From Schmidtea nova (lineage: Eukaryota), in contig CM097882.1 of the NCBI GenBank assembly GCA_044892505.1, positions 172,422,001 to 172,486,000 of the forward strand: a stretch of 64,000 nucleotides of DNA, read 5' to 3'. Numbering within the stretch: the stretch's first letter is position 1; each line of letters opens with the position of its first letter. The translations under genes and the position numbers were made by a program. Shown here in pieces: positions 52,101 through 61,030 of this stretch. Below the pieces are notes generated by a model that made no database searches, was not told the DNA's origin, and saw nothing but the letters and a program-made list of their open reading frames with translations.

Positions 52101-55100
52101 CAATCTCCGAAGCATGTAAGTGGCTTGATGGCTCCATCCCTTACGTCAAGAAGAATAACACTAAAACCTCCTGGCTAATGAGAGTCAAAAATGCCATTGA
52201 CAACCTAAGAAAAAATTACAATATTAATATAAAATTTACCTTTAGAGGAATAATTCTCGGTACAGAAACATAATGCTCGGCAAAGGATAAATCTACGTTT
52301 ACCTATGATGTCCAAGAACTTTCCAAAAACCTTCACTGGATGTTGAAAGAACAATACCTTATCACCTGGAAAGCTGCTACATGCCAAGGTTATATCCACA
52401 GGCTCCCAGTCTCAGATTAAATGGAAAAGTCCTTTCCGAAAATACTCCCCGATAATGAATGGCGATTTCTTGTTAAAGCATGGTATAATATGCTCGATCT
52501 CAACTTCAAGCAATCGAATCAAGGTGGGAGAATTGGATCGATAAGCTGCAGAAGATGTCAATATATCAAAGAATGTTCTCCTCATGTCATCCACCATTGC
52601 AACTTTGGAAATGCAATTAGAACCGCAAAAGCATACTGAAGTCCAAAAACTGCTTGCAAAACTCTTAAAATCCAAAGAGGTGGCCTTCGAGCTTGAATCC
52701 AGACCTCCTGAATCCACCCAAAATCTTCGACCAGACATCATCATTCGATGAGAGAGCTCACAACCCGTCTAAATGTGAGCAAAGGCACTGTGCATACTCT
52801 CCTCACTGAAAGTGGTATTCGAAAACTATGTTCCCGTTTTGTGCCACGCTACTTAACGCTGGAAATGCGACAACGACGCTTGGAATGCTTCTTGGAGAAT
52901 CTGCAGATCAGGACCAATGTTGGAGAATGTTTCATTGATAATATCATCACTGTGGACGAGACACCGTTGTCCCTTTATGTCCCCGAATCTAAAAGAGAGT
53001 CTCAAGAATGGCAACTGACAGGAGAAAGCAGCTCACTGAAAATGCGGTCCTCAACTTGCCACCGAAAGGCTCTCATGCTGACGGTGTTTTGGGACGCCAA
53101 GGGCATTATTCTGAGTGACTTTGCTGAATCCAGCGTGAAGATCAATAGTTCTTACTACTCCAACATCGTGCAGCAAGCAAGTAAGGCACGACGCAAGAGC
53201 AGAGTGTGTGATCTCTATTTTTTACACGATAATACTCCCATCCACACCAGCAGCGTTTCCATGGCCAAAATTGAGCGTTGCGGGCTCAATTTGCTTCCCC
53301 ATCCACCATACAGCCCCGATTTGGCTCCCACCGATTTTTCCTGTTTAACCATCTTAAGAAGCATCTGCGGGGTCAGGTGTTTGCCAACAAACATGATTCG
53401 AGAGCACCCGTGGAGAGTTTTCTGGGAGAAAAGCCTCCAGAATTCTTCAAAAATGCCTTCGAAAACCTCGTTATTTGATGGGAAAATTGTGTCAGTGCAG
53501 AAGGAAATTATTTTGAGAAATGATGCCTATTTACCATGCTTGTTCTAAATACAAAGTTTTGTGTTGATATCTTAAGTCTTTCTATTTTAGTCTCACGACT
53601 TATTGGGCACACCACGTAATTTTCATTGAATATTTATTTACAGTTTTAACATGCATGTTTGACGGAAATTATGAAAAAATTTTCAATTAGATTCGGGGTG
53701 GCTGGTTGCCGACCCCTGATTGATGTGATAATGCATCAGGTGAAGGGATGTTATTAATTTCTTGGACTAGAATGAGACAACATGAAATTGAATATAAATG
53801 AACTGATATTTAATTTACATGGATTATTTGAGAAAATTTAAAACAAGATTATAATATTCATATTGACAAGTGTGGACCATTTTTGCGTCGGGCATTTAAC
53901 ATTAAAGTTAAAAAAGGGAGTTTTGATTCGTATCGGTAAGTAAAGTAGGAGTGTATGTAAAACTATGACCCGACGGTAATTTTTATAAAAAGTTTTTAAG
54001 ATTCCTATTTCTAAATTAATTATGACTTTTATATTTTTTCTGTTTTGTTATGAAGTAGACCATAATTGAAAAATTATAGAAATTATTTGGCACAAGCACA
54101 GTACCCCCCCCCCCCGCTTTAGGAAAGTATTTTTTTAATTTTAGGCCGTGTTTTTGGTTTATGACTGAAAACTGGCGTCAAAATATTTGCTGTCTGAACA
54201 TATTTTGGTTAATCTATATTTTTTTTTATTATTAAAAATGTAATTTTGGTAACATATTTTATAAATTATTAATTTTAGACATTGGAAACAGCTTATGGAA
54301 ACTACTGGCATAAGTTTCGATATAGATCCCGACACTTTTACTTTGGAAAGCGTTTTTGCTATGGAATTACACAGATTCGCTGATGAGATTGCCATGATTG
54401 TTATGAATGCTACTCGGGAATTAGCAATAGAAAAAGTGGAAATAATTGAAATTTTCAATAAATATTTTTTATGATTTTTTAGAGTATAACTGAAATCAAA
54501 GAAGTTTGGAGGGAAACGTTTTTTCGTATTACGGTCTTACCTGCCGAAAATAATGTTGATGCATTATACATTCTTGATTCTGTTGAAGAAATTCAACAAC
54601 TTTTGGATGATCATATGATGAATCTTCAATCAATTGGCAGCAGTAGATTTGTCGTTCCTTTCATCAACATTGTTCGTACTTTAGAAAAAGAACTGACTAC
54701 AATAAGCGACACATTAGATGTACTTTCATAATTTTTAAAGATTATAAAAGAATATATAAAAGTTTTATGTGTACAATGCCACTAAAAGCGAACTCGTAAC
54801 ACCACGTCGCTGATAAACTAAATAATTGAGACAAATTTTTCATTGAAAAATATTTATGTTTATATTTTCAGACGATAAAAAAGATATATTTTTGATCTGA
54901 TGTCTGAAAATATGAAAATAAATTAATTAAAAATTCAAATGGTAAAAATGATTAAAGATTTTATTGATTTTTACAGATATTTTGGAGCATTTAAAAGCAC
55001 AACCAATATTTTGGTTCAATTATTCGGTCTAGTTTATTTTGACCAAATGAATTATATTTCAACAACATTTAAAAATCAAGTGTCGAAAATAGTCTAATGA

Positions 55101-56232
55101 ATTTTTGCTCATACAAATAAAAATTTTAGTATAAATTATGCCTCCCACGGAATCCTTAGACTTAGGTTTCTCGGTGACTTTCGAGAATTGAATTACCTTT
55201 GCAAACTGTTAGTTGGTATAGTTCCTTATGAATGTTCGGCATGTTTATTATGAAATAATTGTTCCAATTTTTATAATGTTTCGATTTTGAATTCCTGTAA
55301 TTTTTGGCTTAACTCGAATTTTTAACAATTGTATAATATTATGTATGGGCAAAGTTATAAGATAACTGTATAATGAATGAGTAGTAATTATCTAATATTA
55401 AATAATTAATAAATAACAAAATAAGACTTTGCTTCAAAAGTTTATATGAAGTAAAAATTTTCGATTATAAAATAATCCTTATCAATCTCTGATAAATCAG
55501 TATAGTTTGAAATTAAATTATTTATGATATTTTTTTATAACGTTGTTTTAATTTACTACGTTACTTATAGACAGAAGGACAGGCAAAATTGTTTCTTTCT
55601 TATACAGGCATACATCGTTTAACGCTACCTCTGTTTCATTATAGCGCTCATAGCGATCGCTTTTTTCAAATTTTCCATCATCAAAATTTCTTGGAAAAAA
55701 TTTAAAAAATATTTCTTGAATTTCTTGGATTGCTTCGATAAAGCGACGCGTTATAAACATACTATCGCCCTATTTAGAACTGTTAAAAGAAAAAGAAAAA
55801 TATCGAACCAATAAACTTTAGATAACTTTATTAAGGAAAAGTAAATTAAAAATTTTATTTATGTTCATCCACGTACAGTGTTATTTAATTTTTTTGTTTT
55901 TTTTGTTTTATTGAATTTTTATTTATTTTGCAGTTAAAATGAAATACATAATATTCTTATAAAAATTATATGTTGTCAAACTTTGTTTTTATTCTTAAAA
56001 TTTGCCTTAATAATTCAAAAATTCAGAAGGAACGGAACCCCATATTTTACTACAAATAGTCCTTCTATTAACGCTGTTTTAATTAACGCCCTTTTTCAGG
56101 AACGCATCTTGAGCGCTAAACGAGGTATCCCTGTATTAACTAGTTCAATACCTGACGCCTTAAGAAGGCTAAGTACATTTGTTGTATGAATTTCAATCAC
56201 TTCAGATTACAAAAGAATAAATTATGTAGAAA

Positions 56233-56307
<75 letters not shown>

Positions 56308-59300
56308 AAGTAATTTAAATTTTAAATTAAAATATTATATATTATAACTATATTATATATAGCATAAAATAGAAAGAAAACGTATGATTAGTTGCACATT
56401 TTAAATTCCTTTACGACACATAGTTTGCGTACCACTGACTTTATACAACTAAAAAACTTTTATTTATATTATCATAACAAGGCTTGGATAATAGTACAGA
56501 GAAAGTGGATCTATTTGGAAGCAATATTTAAAGCTGGTGATATAGCACGTCAATTACCTGCTGACGCGAAACGATTCGGATTGATTGATAAAGCATACAA
56601 GGCGGTAATTAAATTATTATATGAAAAATTATTTTCTTTATTTGAAAGATCATGAGAAATGCTTTTGAAATAAAATTGGTAATGCCTTGCTGCTTGGCTG
56701 ACAGGCGTCTGGAGAAACTCAACGCAATGCATGAAGAATTAGAGCTATGTCAAAAAGCGTTAAATGATTATTTGGATTCAAAAAGAAATGCTTTTCCAAG
56801 ATTCTTTTTCATTTCTGATGATGAGTTATTAAGTATTCTTGGCGGAACTGAACCTGAAGTAGTTCAAGAGCATATAATTAAAGTAATGATAATTGTATGA
56901 TATTATATCTTTAATGCATTAGAAACATGAATTTATTTGTTATATAACTGTTCTGGGATATTTGAAATTGCTCAGACCCCTAATGTATATACTCGTTATA
57001 ATTATGGTTTTATCTACTCGTTTCGACATTTTGTAAAGAGCCCGTTAAAATGAAGTACAATTCCTCATCCAACTGAAAGCCTGGCCTCGAGTGTTCACTG
57101 ATAAAAGTTTTAAGAACACGAATGCCCTCTCTTTATCGAAATTGTCGAGCAGGTATCACTTTTGGCACTTTTTGGCGTTTCCTGTAAATGATCGTTTCAT
57201 TTTGCAATATTCTTGGCACATGTAGTGGAAATATTAAATTATCTTCACATTATTTAAATGCTCTCATCAGTTTTTCCAATGACAATGAAACAGATTATTG
57301 AAACAACAGTTTTTTACCTATCCTTCACATTCTTGTGGCATTCCTACGTTCTTCAAAATGTTTGATAACTTGGATAAAGCCACGTTTAGTTACATGAATA
57401 CCTGCAAACTAATTTAGCGTTCTGCTTTTCAATGTGACAAGTTATACGGAACAATCTGTTCGAATAAGGACTTCATGTTCAAATAGTTTTCAAACGGACT
57501 TAGCAGGCTTAAACAGATATTAATAAAATTTGTTAACTTGAATACTTGTAATTTTTAAAAATTCAAACAAATTACTAAAATGCAACTACATTCAATATTA
57601 TTTTGTACTTTGAATTTTATCAATTTCTTAGGAGAAACATCTTATTTCACATTTTATGACACATTATTTACTTGGAAAACGCCTCTGGGGGTATTATTAC
57701 GTTCAAAGAAAAAGGAGCCAAATGGAAAATGATAACGTATTTTCATTAATTATGACATGTTACTAGATATTTTGTAAAAAGACAACACAATATATTAATA
57801 TAAGAAAGAAGTATGAAAAAAATTATTTAATAAAAAGGAACCCATAAAAACAAGTTTTTAATGTAACTCTTTCTTTTTCTCATGTTGTCGGTTAATTTTA
57901 GTGTTGTTTCATTGTTTGGTAGTTTCTTGGCAACAGTAAATTGAAAAATCACATTGTTTCAAAATTTTTCAGTTTTTCAATGGAATAATTTTTTGGCCAC
58001 CACGAGTCTGCTCGTAAATTTTCAGATCGATTGGATATCGGGAAGTGGGTTAAAAATCGATCCAAAGTTTGACAAGAAAACAAACAAACAGAAATTGGAA
58101 GTTAAAAGAAAGAGTTAAAAAATATAGAAGTTTTTTGAAATTTATTTTCATCAAAAATAAAAGTACTATTTCGAATTTAAACATGTTATTTCTATTTGCG
58201 TTTGTGTTGGTTAACAAACCTAATCTGAATTAAACATTGAGTAAATACAATGACAAAATCACTCCCATTTAAACCTATAATATAAAAAAATCAAAATGTT
58301 ACATTATAAGAGACTCAAACTCACCTGTGTTTTAATATTTCTTCCACGATGAAAAAAACCTTTTATGTATCGAAGACAAACAAGGTAGAAAAAATAAATG
58401 AAACCCACAAGCAAAACGCAGTAAAAATCAAGCAAACTGTCAAAATCTTTGATTGTCACAATGAATAACACCCAAGGGTGTCTAGACTCTAGAGAAAGAT
58501 CCAAGGAGGTCTTGTCCTATGGATTTGGACATATTTTACAAAAAAAAATAAAATATGTTGATTATTTCACTCGATAGGCTTTGACTCCTTTCATGTTCGA
58601 TGAATTCTTGTTTTGCTTATTTAAACAATCAGTATTATTTATTTATTATTAATTTTATTGAATTAAAATATAAATCAAAATTCAAACCATTTTCCAAAGT
58701 TTAAAAAATTAATTTACATAAAATAATTTCAAAACAAAATATTCTTTCAAAATTACATAAAACTTTAGTATTAATTGTGTCCATCATCATAAAAAAATAA
58801 TGCCAATAAATGTTAGCAATATCACAAATTGTAAATTGATAAATTGTTATAATTATATTGTCAAAAATAAATTGTCATTCAATCCATTGTTTGATCTTGA
58901 TTGCCGTCTACATAAACATTCATTCTATAGTTTTTTCCCTCGAGTCATCATTAATTTCAAATAAATTGACTACTTTTCCAGCTTCTAACATCTTCACAGC
59001 TAGGGAACAGAACATATAAATGCATTGATGCTCATAATTTTAAAGAGACGTTATCATTCTGTGCATATACAATGTATGTCAGTTTTTATTCTTTGGTTAT
59101 CCTGATAATTTTTATTAGGCACCGGCCAATGTCCGGTTCTATATGTTCTATTGTCCATCATCTATTGTTTCATGGCAAAAATAAAGATTTTGAAGAGGAA
59201 GATCAATGTATTAAAATGCACTAAAATGAATTTTTATCTTTTTGTGTTAATCTTCTTGACCTTCCGTGTCGCTAACTCGCTTTGGTATCCTAGCTTGTTT

Positions 59301-61030
59301 TGATGTAGGTACGACAGCATGGGTTCATGAGTTCGGAGTGGAGTCTCCTGAACTTTCCAACCCAATTTTGTCCACGTGATATCCAAATCTAGTCTCATAC
59401 TCAGACAATGCCCGGAGGATCATCCGCAATAATTTTTATATTAAAATTTGTTCTATTAAAAAAATTTAATTTTTTTGGTTTTCAAATTAAATTCTCTGTT
59501 AAATATTAGGAACAATCTTTATAAATATACAACATAAAAATGAAAATAGAAGTAATAAATACGATGGATTCTTGTGAAAGCTTAGATCAATGCAAAAGTG
59601 GAGTAATTCAGATATATTTACAATTTTTTAGAAAGAAATTAAAAAGCATTAGTCGCGTAAGATAGCATTTTTTGCTCTTATTTAGTCTTCTCGAGATTCC
59701 AGAACATCACACCGTTCACTCTATCAATTTCCCCCAATCATTTCATTTAATGTTATTATTAGTATCCTCAAAAATAATAATAGTAGGATTATATATAGGT
59801 AGTCGAGAAAGAGATTTTAAAGGAGGGTAGTGCATAGTAAACGACAGGAATAAAACTATAAATATTCTATCGACCTTTAAACAACCCAGTGAGTAGACTT
59901 TGACAGTAGTTTTTATAGAAGCTCACCTGTCTGCTGAAATCTGAGACCACGTTATACACGACTAACGTAGTGAACAATTGATTGACTACTAGGACCTCGT
60001 TCAAGTATCAACTTCTTGATTGTTGCTTCGGAAAGGTTGAGTTTGTGATTAAAGGGAAGAGTAGATTGAATCACATTGTCCTTTACCCAAACCAACAGTT
60101 TTGCAAAATTATTAAGTGCTCGTCAAATTAAAGATAAAAGTAAGTGGTAAGTTGTACCACTTAGGATTTGTGCTATTTTGAGGTAATTTTTCATAAGTTA
60201 ACCCATTCTTAGATCAAACTAATAAAAAAAACTTGTGATTTAACAAAAAAACTGTTGCTATTTGAAAATTGAATGTTATTATTGTGCTGGGTATTTGAAA
60301 ACAAAGAACATGAGGAATTCAATTAGGATTTGTTCCTCCAAAAATAATTATAATCCATCTTTTTGTTTTAAATTTTAACAATATAGTTTACAGTCTATTT
60401 ATGTTATGTTTACAGTGCTGGTATTAAAATTTTAGTGAGTTATTTGTAAAAAATCTTATTGGCATTATTTAACCTCATAAACCTTATTATATAAAATAGA
60501 AATGGATTAGAAAATTATGTCAACAATCGCTTGATTATGTAATTGAAAAAAATTAAATAATAATAAAATACTTAAAATTTCGTTATTATTCAATATTATA
60601 TTATATAATAAAAAATGTATACCTATTATTTTGAATTATTCTAAAATAATGTAATTATGAGATTAAATTAAACTCATAATTAAATTTAGTCCTTACGTAA
60701 TTCAGAAAATGAGATAAATTTGCCTTTTTACACTATATCAAATATGATGCATAATATAAATTAATAATCTTTCATAATAGATGTTCGATAACATAACAAG
60801 TCTGGATATCTCTTTAACAGTTCACAACGAAAAACTGATAATAGGAATGACTTCAGCAGAAAATGAAAACATGGCTTTCTTAAAACCAGTTAGAACAGAT
60901 ACACGAATCGAGGAATGGATGGTATATGTAGAATCAGAAATGCGTGTTTCAAATAAAAGACTTACAAAAGAATCAATATTTTACTATTGTTTTCTCAAGC
61001 AACGAGTTGCATGGATGTTTGATTACCAAG
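2361..61030 (+). CDS. DNAH10: Axonemal dynein heavy chain, DNAH10-like; partial (N-terminal tail/stem and linker region), gene continues beyond both window ends
   Basis: GT-AG exons with consistent phase: 2361-2480, 2532-2780, 2828-~2993 (into gap), 4958-5159, 5211-5329, 5444-5530, 5576-5689, 6279-6419, 6465-6656, 29823-29983, 31910-32141, 37024-37290, 37337-37498, 37606-38004, 40229-40440, 54279-54435, 54483-54719, 56482-56604, 56649-56882, 60781-61030. Peptides EFYRMFGPELK, DLPISMYPEL, LKNDALRDRHWKQLM, FTLESVFAMELH, VQRKWIYLEAIF, YLDSKRNAFPRFFFISDDELLSILG are collinear with the DNAH10 subfamily as I recall it. Confidence 0.93.
3330..3371 (-). ncRNA. Minimal hammerhead ribozyme motif (inverted copy)
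   Basis: Exact reverse complement of 3938-3979. Confidence 0.68.
3938..3979 (+). ncRNA. Minimal type I hammerhead ribozyme motif, U3-A8 variant
   Basis: AATACACAC-TTGATAA-A-GGC TGT GCC-GAAA-TAT-T-GTGTTATT: core, 3-bp stem II, palindromic AATATT stem III, 8-bp stem I with one bulge. Confidence 0.7.
4958..6656 (+). CDS. DNAH10: Dynein heavy chain exons (4958-5159, 5211-5329, 5444-5530, 5576-5689, 6279-6419, 6465-6656)
   Basis: VKNRYLTLGRALRQYEE; VVNFNDKL...IPELSRIVGLQ; LNWDSL; GT-AG junctions with phases conserved. Confidence 0.88.
5825..6063. mobile_element. piggyBac-type MITE
   Basis: TTAA|CCTTCATTCTGTG ... CACAGACTGAAGG|TTAA (13-bp TIR with 1 mismatch, TTAA TSD), inside a dynein intron. 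Confidence 0.75.
7120..7330 (+). pseudogene. hAT transposase C-terminal (dimerisation domain) remnant
   Basis: PVTAGSAE..FSRLKIIKKYLR...YDDIINEFA, with frameshifts. Confidence 0.65.
7700..9396 (-). pseudogene. Decayed Gypsy/Ty3 pol (RT, RNase H) and end of gag, left of the Maverick-like insertion
   Basis: KTAFST...RMPFGIEAAPATFQ...VYLDD (8541-8792); KEFLAIYYSIQYFKHYLFGKRFTLRTDHKAI (7922-8104). Confidence 0.88.
9434..9615. promoter_or_regulatory. Subterminal AP-1/CRE motif cluster with GC box (mirror at ~26353-26601)
   Basis: 7x TGACTCA, 1x TGACGTCA (9597-9604), GGGCGGGG at 9447; function inferred only. Confidence 0.45.
9717..10730 (+). repeat. 120-bp tandem array, ~8 units (mirror ~25200-26290)
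   Basis: GGTCATACC recurs at 10078, 10198, 10318, 10438, 10558. Confidence 0.95.
10990..11815 (+). repeat. ~29-bp AACAAAGACATTTCA tandem array (mirror ~24330-24950)
   Basis: Alternating units aacaaagacatttcaatgccaaaaaacta and aacaaagacatttcattgcaaaatttcat. Confidence 0.95.
11986..12785 (+). repeat. 42-bp (x2) then 30-bp minisatellite TATGCAAGTTAACAAAGACATTGCAATACA (mirror ~23320-24160; both copies contain gaps)
   Basis: Perfect 30-bp period over 12481-12750. Confidence 0.95.
13160..13774 (-). CDS. 184-aa protein with C-terminal IAP/MDM2-type C3HC4 RING finger (putative E3 ligase); exons 13774-13736 and 13675-13160
   Basis: CSICNINRVGILYLPCGHVIICSKCLKNIDKCESC...YHVIYI*; 60-nt GT-AG intron 13735-13676 joins MKMNKVTNKETNK in frame. 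Confidence 0.8.
17661..17955 (+). CDS. 81-aa orphan basic/coiled-coil protein in the palindrome spacer; exons 17661-17760 and 17810-17955
   Basis: MNCQQYND...SPKLSRKLS|KKYKEIKSPIEELQNIINSYLDSKERLIIKLRKKNIQIIKLKIENERN*; 49-nt GT-AG intron, same size class as host introns. Confidence 0.55.
18438..26638 (-). repeat. Right inverted arm (~8.20 kb)
   Basis: Reverse complement of 9397-17654. Confidence 0.95.
22320..22934 (+). pseudogene. Right-arm copy of the RING gene with premature stop; exons 22320-22358 and 22419-22934
   Basis: ATC CAA in the left copy is ATA TAA here (stop at 22455-22457); otherwise near-identical (one K>E). Confidence 0.75.
26645..27520 (-). pseudogene. Remainder of the decayed Gypsy element (gag-like), right of the Maverick-like insertion, interrupted by a ~290-bp repeat
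   Basis: Minus-strand frame joins across the TSD to 9390; ORF 27226-27519 is upstream on the same strand; gag identity inferred from position. Confidence 0.55.
26969..27262 (-). repeat. ~290-bp dispersed repeat, copy 1
   Basis: Near-identical copies at ~39763-40038 (+) and ~57827-58120 (+). Confidence 0.85.
29581..29747. mobile_element. Short piggyBac-type MITE (tentative)
   Basis: TTAA|CCCTTTA ... TAAAGGG|TTAT; one TSD imperfect. Confidence 0.4.
29823..29983 (+). CDS. DNAH10: Dynein heavy chain exon following the 23 kb intron
   Basis: AG|MVTRNLWTFINGLSGKEIFFYVDAILINADVVLHP...CLE|GT; phase 0 in, phase 2 out, matching neighbours. Confidence 0.85.
30032..30607. mobile_element. piggyBac-type non-autonomous element
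   Basis: TTAA|CCCTTT ... AAAGGG|TTAA; subterminal palindromic TGGGACATATATGTCC(CA) near both ends. Confidence 0.65.
31150..31343 (+). pseudogene. hAT (Charlie/ZBED-type) transposase C-terminal remnant
   Basis: TTYLCEMSYSSLLDIKTKTSNRLNASDDLRMAF. Confidence 0.7.
31910..32141 (+). CDS. DNAH10: Dynein heavy chain exon
   Basis: TRFFIRWKRGTCKPCPP...LWLQDK; phase matches 29823-29983. Confidence 0.87.
32330..32545. mobile_element. Penelope pseudo-LTR palindrome (family 1), hammerhead motif on minus strand at 32378-32419
   Basis: Same arms as 3298-4032 with a ~35-nt spacer; the plus-strand motif has lost TTGA. Confidence 0.75.
32705..33650. mobile_element. Penelope-like family 2: GIY-YIG 3' fragment preceded by its inverted copy
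   Basis: LVYRFTCNGCNATYIRETARHLCTRVQE; ~32705-33124 is the reverse complement of ~33258-33650. Confidence 0.85.
32756..32798 (-). ncRNA. Minimal hammerhead ribozyme motif, canonical core
   Basis: AAAGC-CTGATGA-T-GACAGC TAA GCTGTT-GAAA-TATAT-T-GCATT; 6-bp stem II, palindromic AATATATT; degenerate plus copy at 33584-33626. Confidence 0.6.
35428..35859 (+). CDS. 143-aa unknown coiled-coil protein with basic C-terminal tract, within an unidentified intronic repeat
   Basis: Intact ATG-to-stop ORF; ungapped homolog with stops at ~62840-63330 on the minus strand. Confidence 0.5.
   Translation: MPSEKEIIGKLKRRIIELEESYFSPAEMKVVKEGLHRVIKTIEDQRVELEAARIENNKCRRIITQNFVVTQLTDLVRPLTLEKWFPLPDLEGKTREVTMTTTMMKARSRRKSHAQRRRKLRKKLASASEHAPEDLGQTGGEKR
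36587..36779. mobile_element. Penelope pseudo-LTR palindrome (family 1) with hammerhead motifs on both strands (36660-36698 minus, 36709-36750 plus)
   Basis: Same arms as 3298-4032; tiny spacer. Confidence 0.78.
37024..38004 (+). CDS. DNAH10: Dynein heavy chain exons (37024-37290, 37337-37498, 37606-38004)
   Basis: SGPGNESENLDRG; ERLLDLPISMYPELKDI; GT-AG junctions in phase 0. Confidence 0.92.
39763..40038 (+). repeat. ~290-bp dispersed repeat, copy 2
   Basis: Shares GATCGATTGGATATCGGGAAGTGGGTTAAAAATCGATCC and flanks with copies 1 and 3. Confidence 0.85.
40229..40440 (+). CDS. DNAH10: Dynein heavy chain exon
   Basis: QWSCVLWKDVN...LKNDALRDR, joins in phase to 54279 (HWKQLM). Confidence 0.92.
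41270..41460 (+). repeat. Dispersed repeat with internal (TA)n; second, longer copy at ~45990-46246
   Basis: TTCTTACACGCCATTAAAATAG...CCCCGATCGGGTAA(TA)n...AGACAAATT is identical in both. Confidence 0.85.
46250..47701 (-). mobile_element. Degenerate Tc1/IS630-like transposon
   Basis: TIR CATTTTAGTTTCAAAA(T/C)GAGAA with AGTAAACTTCAA subrepeats at both ends; KTLSELGVAFEEK and FIDETNSN-like frames on the minus strand. Confidence 0.65.
46502..46722. mobile_element. piggyBac-type MITE with 71-bp perfect TIRs, nested in the Tc1-like element
   Basis: TTAA|CCTGTTAACCGGGCAGGACG...CGTCCTGCCCGGTTAACAGG|TTAA. Confidence 0.9.
47928..52747 (+). mobile_element. NeSL-clade site-specific non-LTR retrotransposon (C2H2 fingers, Ulp1-like protease, RT, CCHC, REL), degenerate and 3'-truncated
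   Basis: C2H2-like CIDQPC..HFRNKH; PTQTNSHDWGLYVIQY; RT GVKQGCPLS and LAYADDLV (50609-52273); CRRC..H...C and LRPDII at ~52730; several stops and frameshifts. Confidence 0.88.
52748..53522 (+). pseudogene. mariner transposase, N-terminus missing, frameshift after the third Asp
   Basis: LCSRFVPR, ITVDET, FLHDN, HPPYSPDLAPTDF with exactly 34 residues between the second and third Asp. Confidence 0.92.
54279..54719 (+). CDS. DNAH10: Dynein heavy chain exons (54279-54435, 54483-54719)
   Basis: HWKQLMETTG...FTLESVFAMELH; SVEEIQQLLDDHMMNLQSIGSSRFV. Confidence 0.93.
55605..56133. mobile_element. Tigger/pogo-type non-autonomous element
   Basis: TA|CAGGCATACATCGTTTAACGCT ... AGCGCTAAACGAGGTATCCCTG|TA. 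Confidence 0.7.
56482..56882 (+). CDS. DNAH10: Dynein heavy chain exons (56482-56604, 56649-56882)
   Basis: VQRKWIYLEAIFKAGDIARQLP; CQKALNDYLDSKRNAFPRFFFISDDELLSILG. Confidence 0.95.
57000..57480 (-). pseudogene. Degenerate DNA-transposase-like fragment, family unresolved
   Basis: Broken minus-strand frames including IYRK...KSDTCST; recognition is tentative. Confidence 0.3.
57827..58120 (+). repeat. ~290-bp dispersed repeat, copy 3
   Basis: Same family as 26969-27262 and 39763-40038. Confidence 0.85.
60781..61030 (+). CDS. DNAH10: Dynein heavy chain exon
   Basis: AG|MFDNITSL...MTSAENE...RIEEWM...RVAWMFDYQG|GT. Confidence 0.93.

Larger units (their letters stand above)
47779..53616 (+). mobile_element. 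mariner (DD34D) TIR pair enclosing a NeSL-type retrotransposon and the 3' two-thirds of the transposase
   Basis: TA|CGTGGTGTGCCAAATAAGTCGTGAGACTA ... TAGTCTCACGACTTATTGGGCACACCACG|TA. Confidence 0.85.

Noticed and set aside
40546-53718. One large hAT element bounded by TIR-like sequences at 40546 and 53718
   Set aside because: The 8-bp flanks (TTTTAAAT and ATTGATGT) do not match, so there is no TSD; more likely independent fragments.
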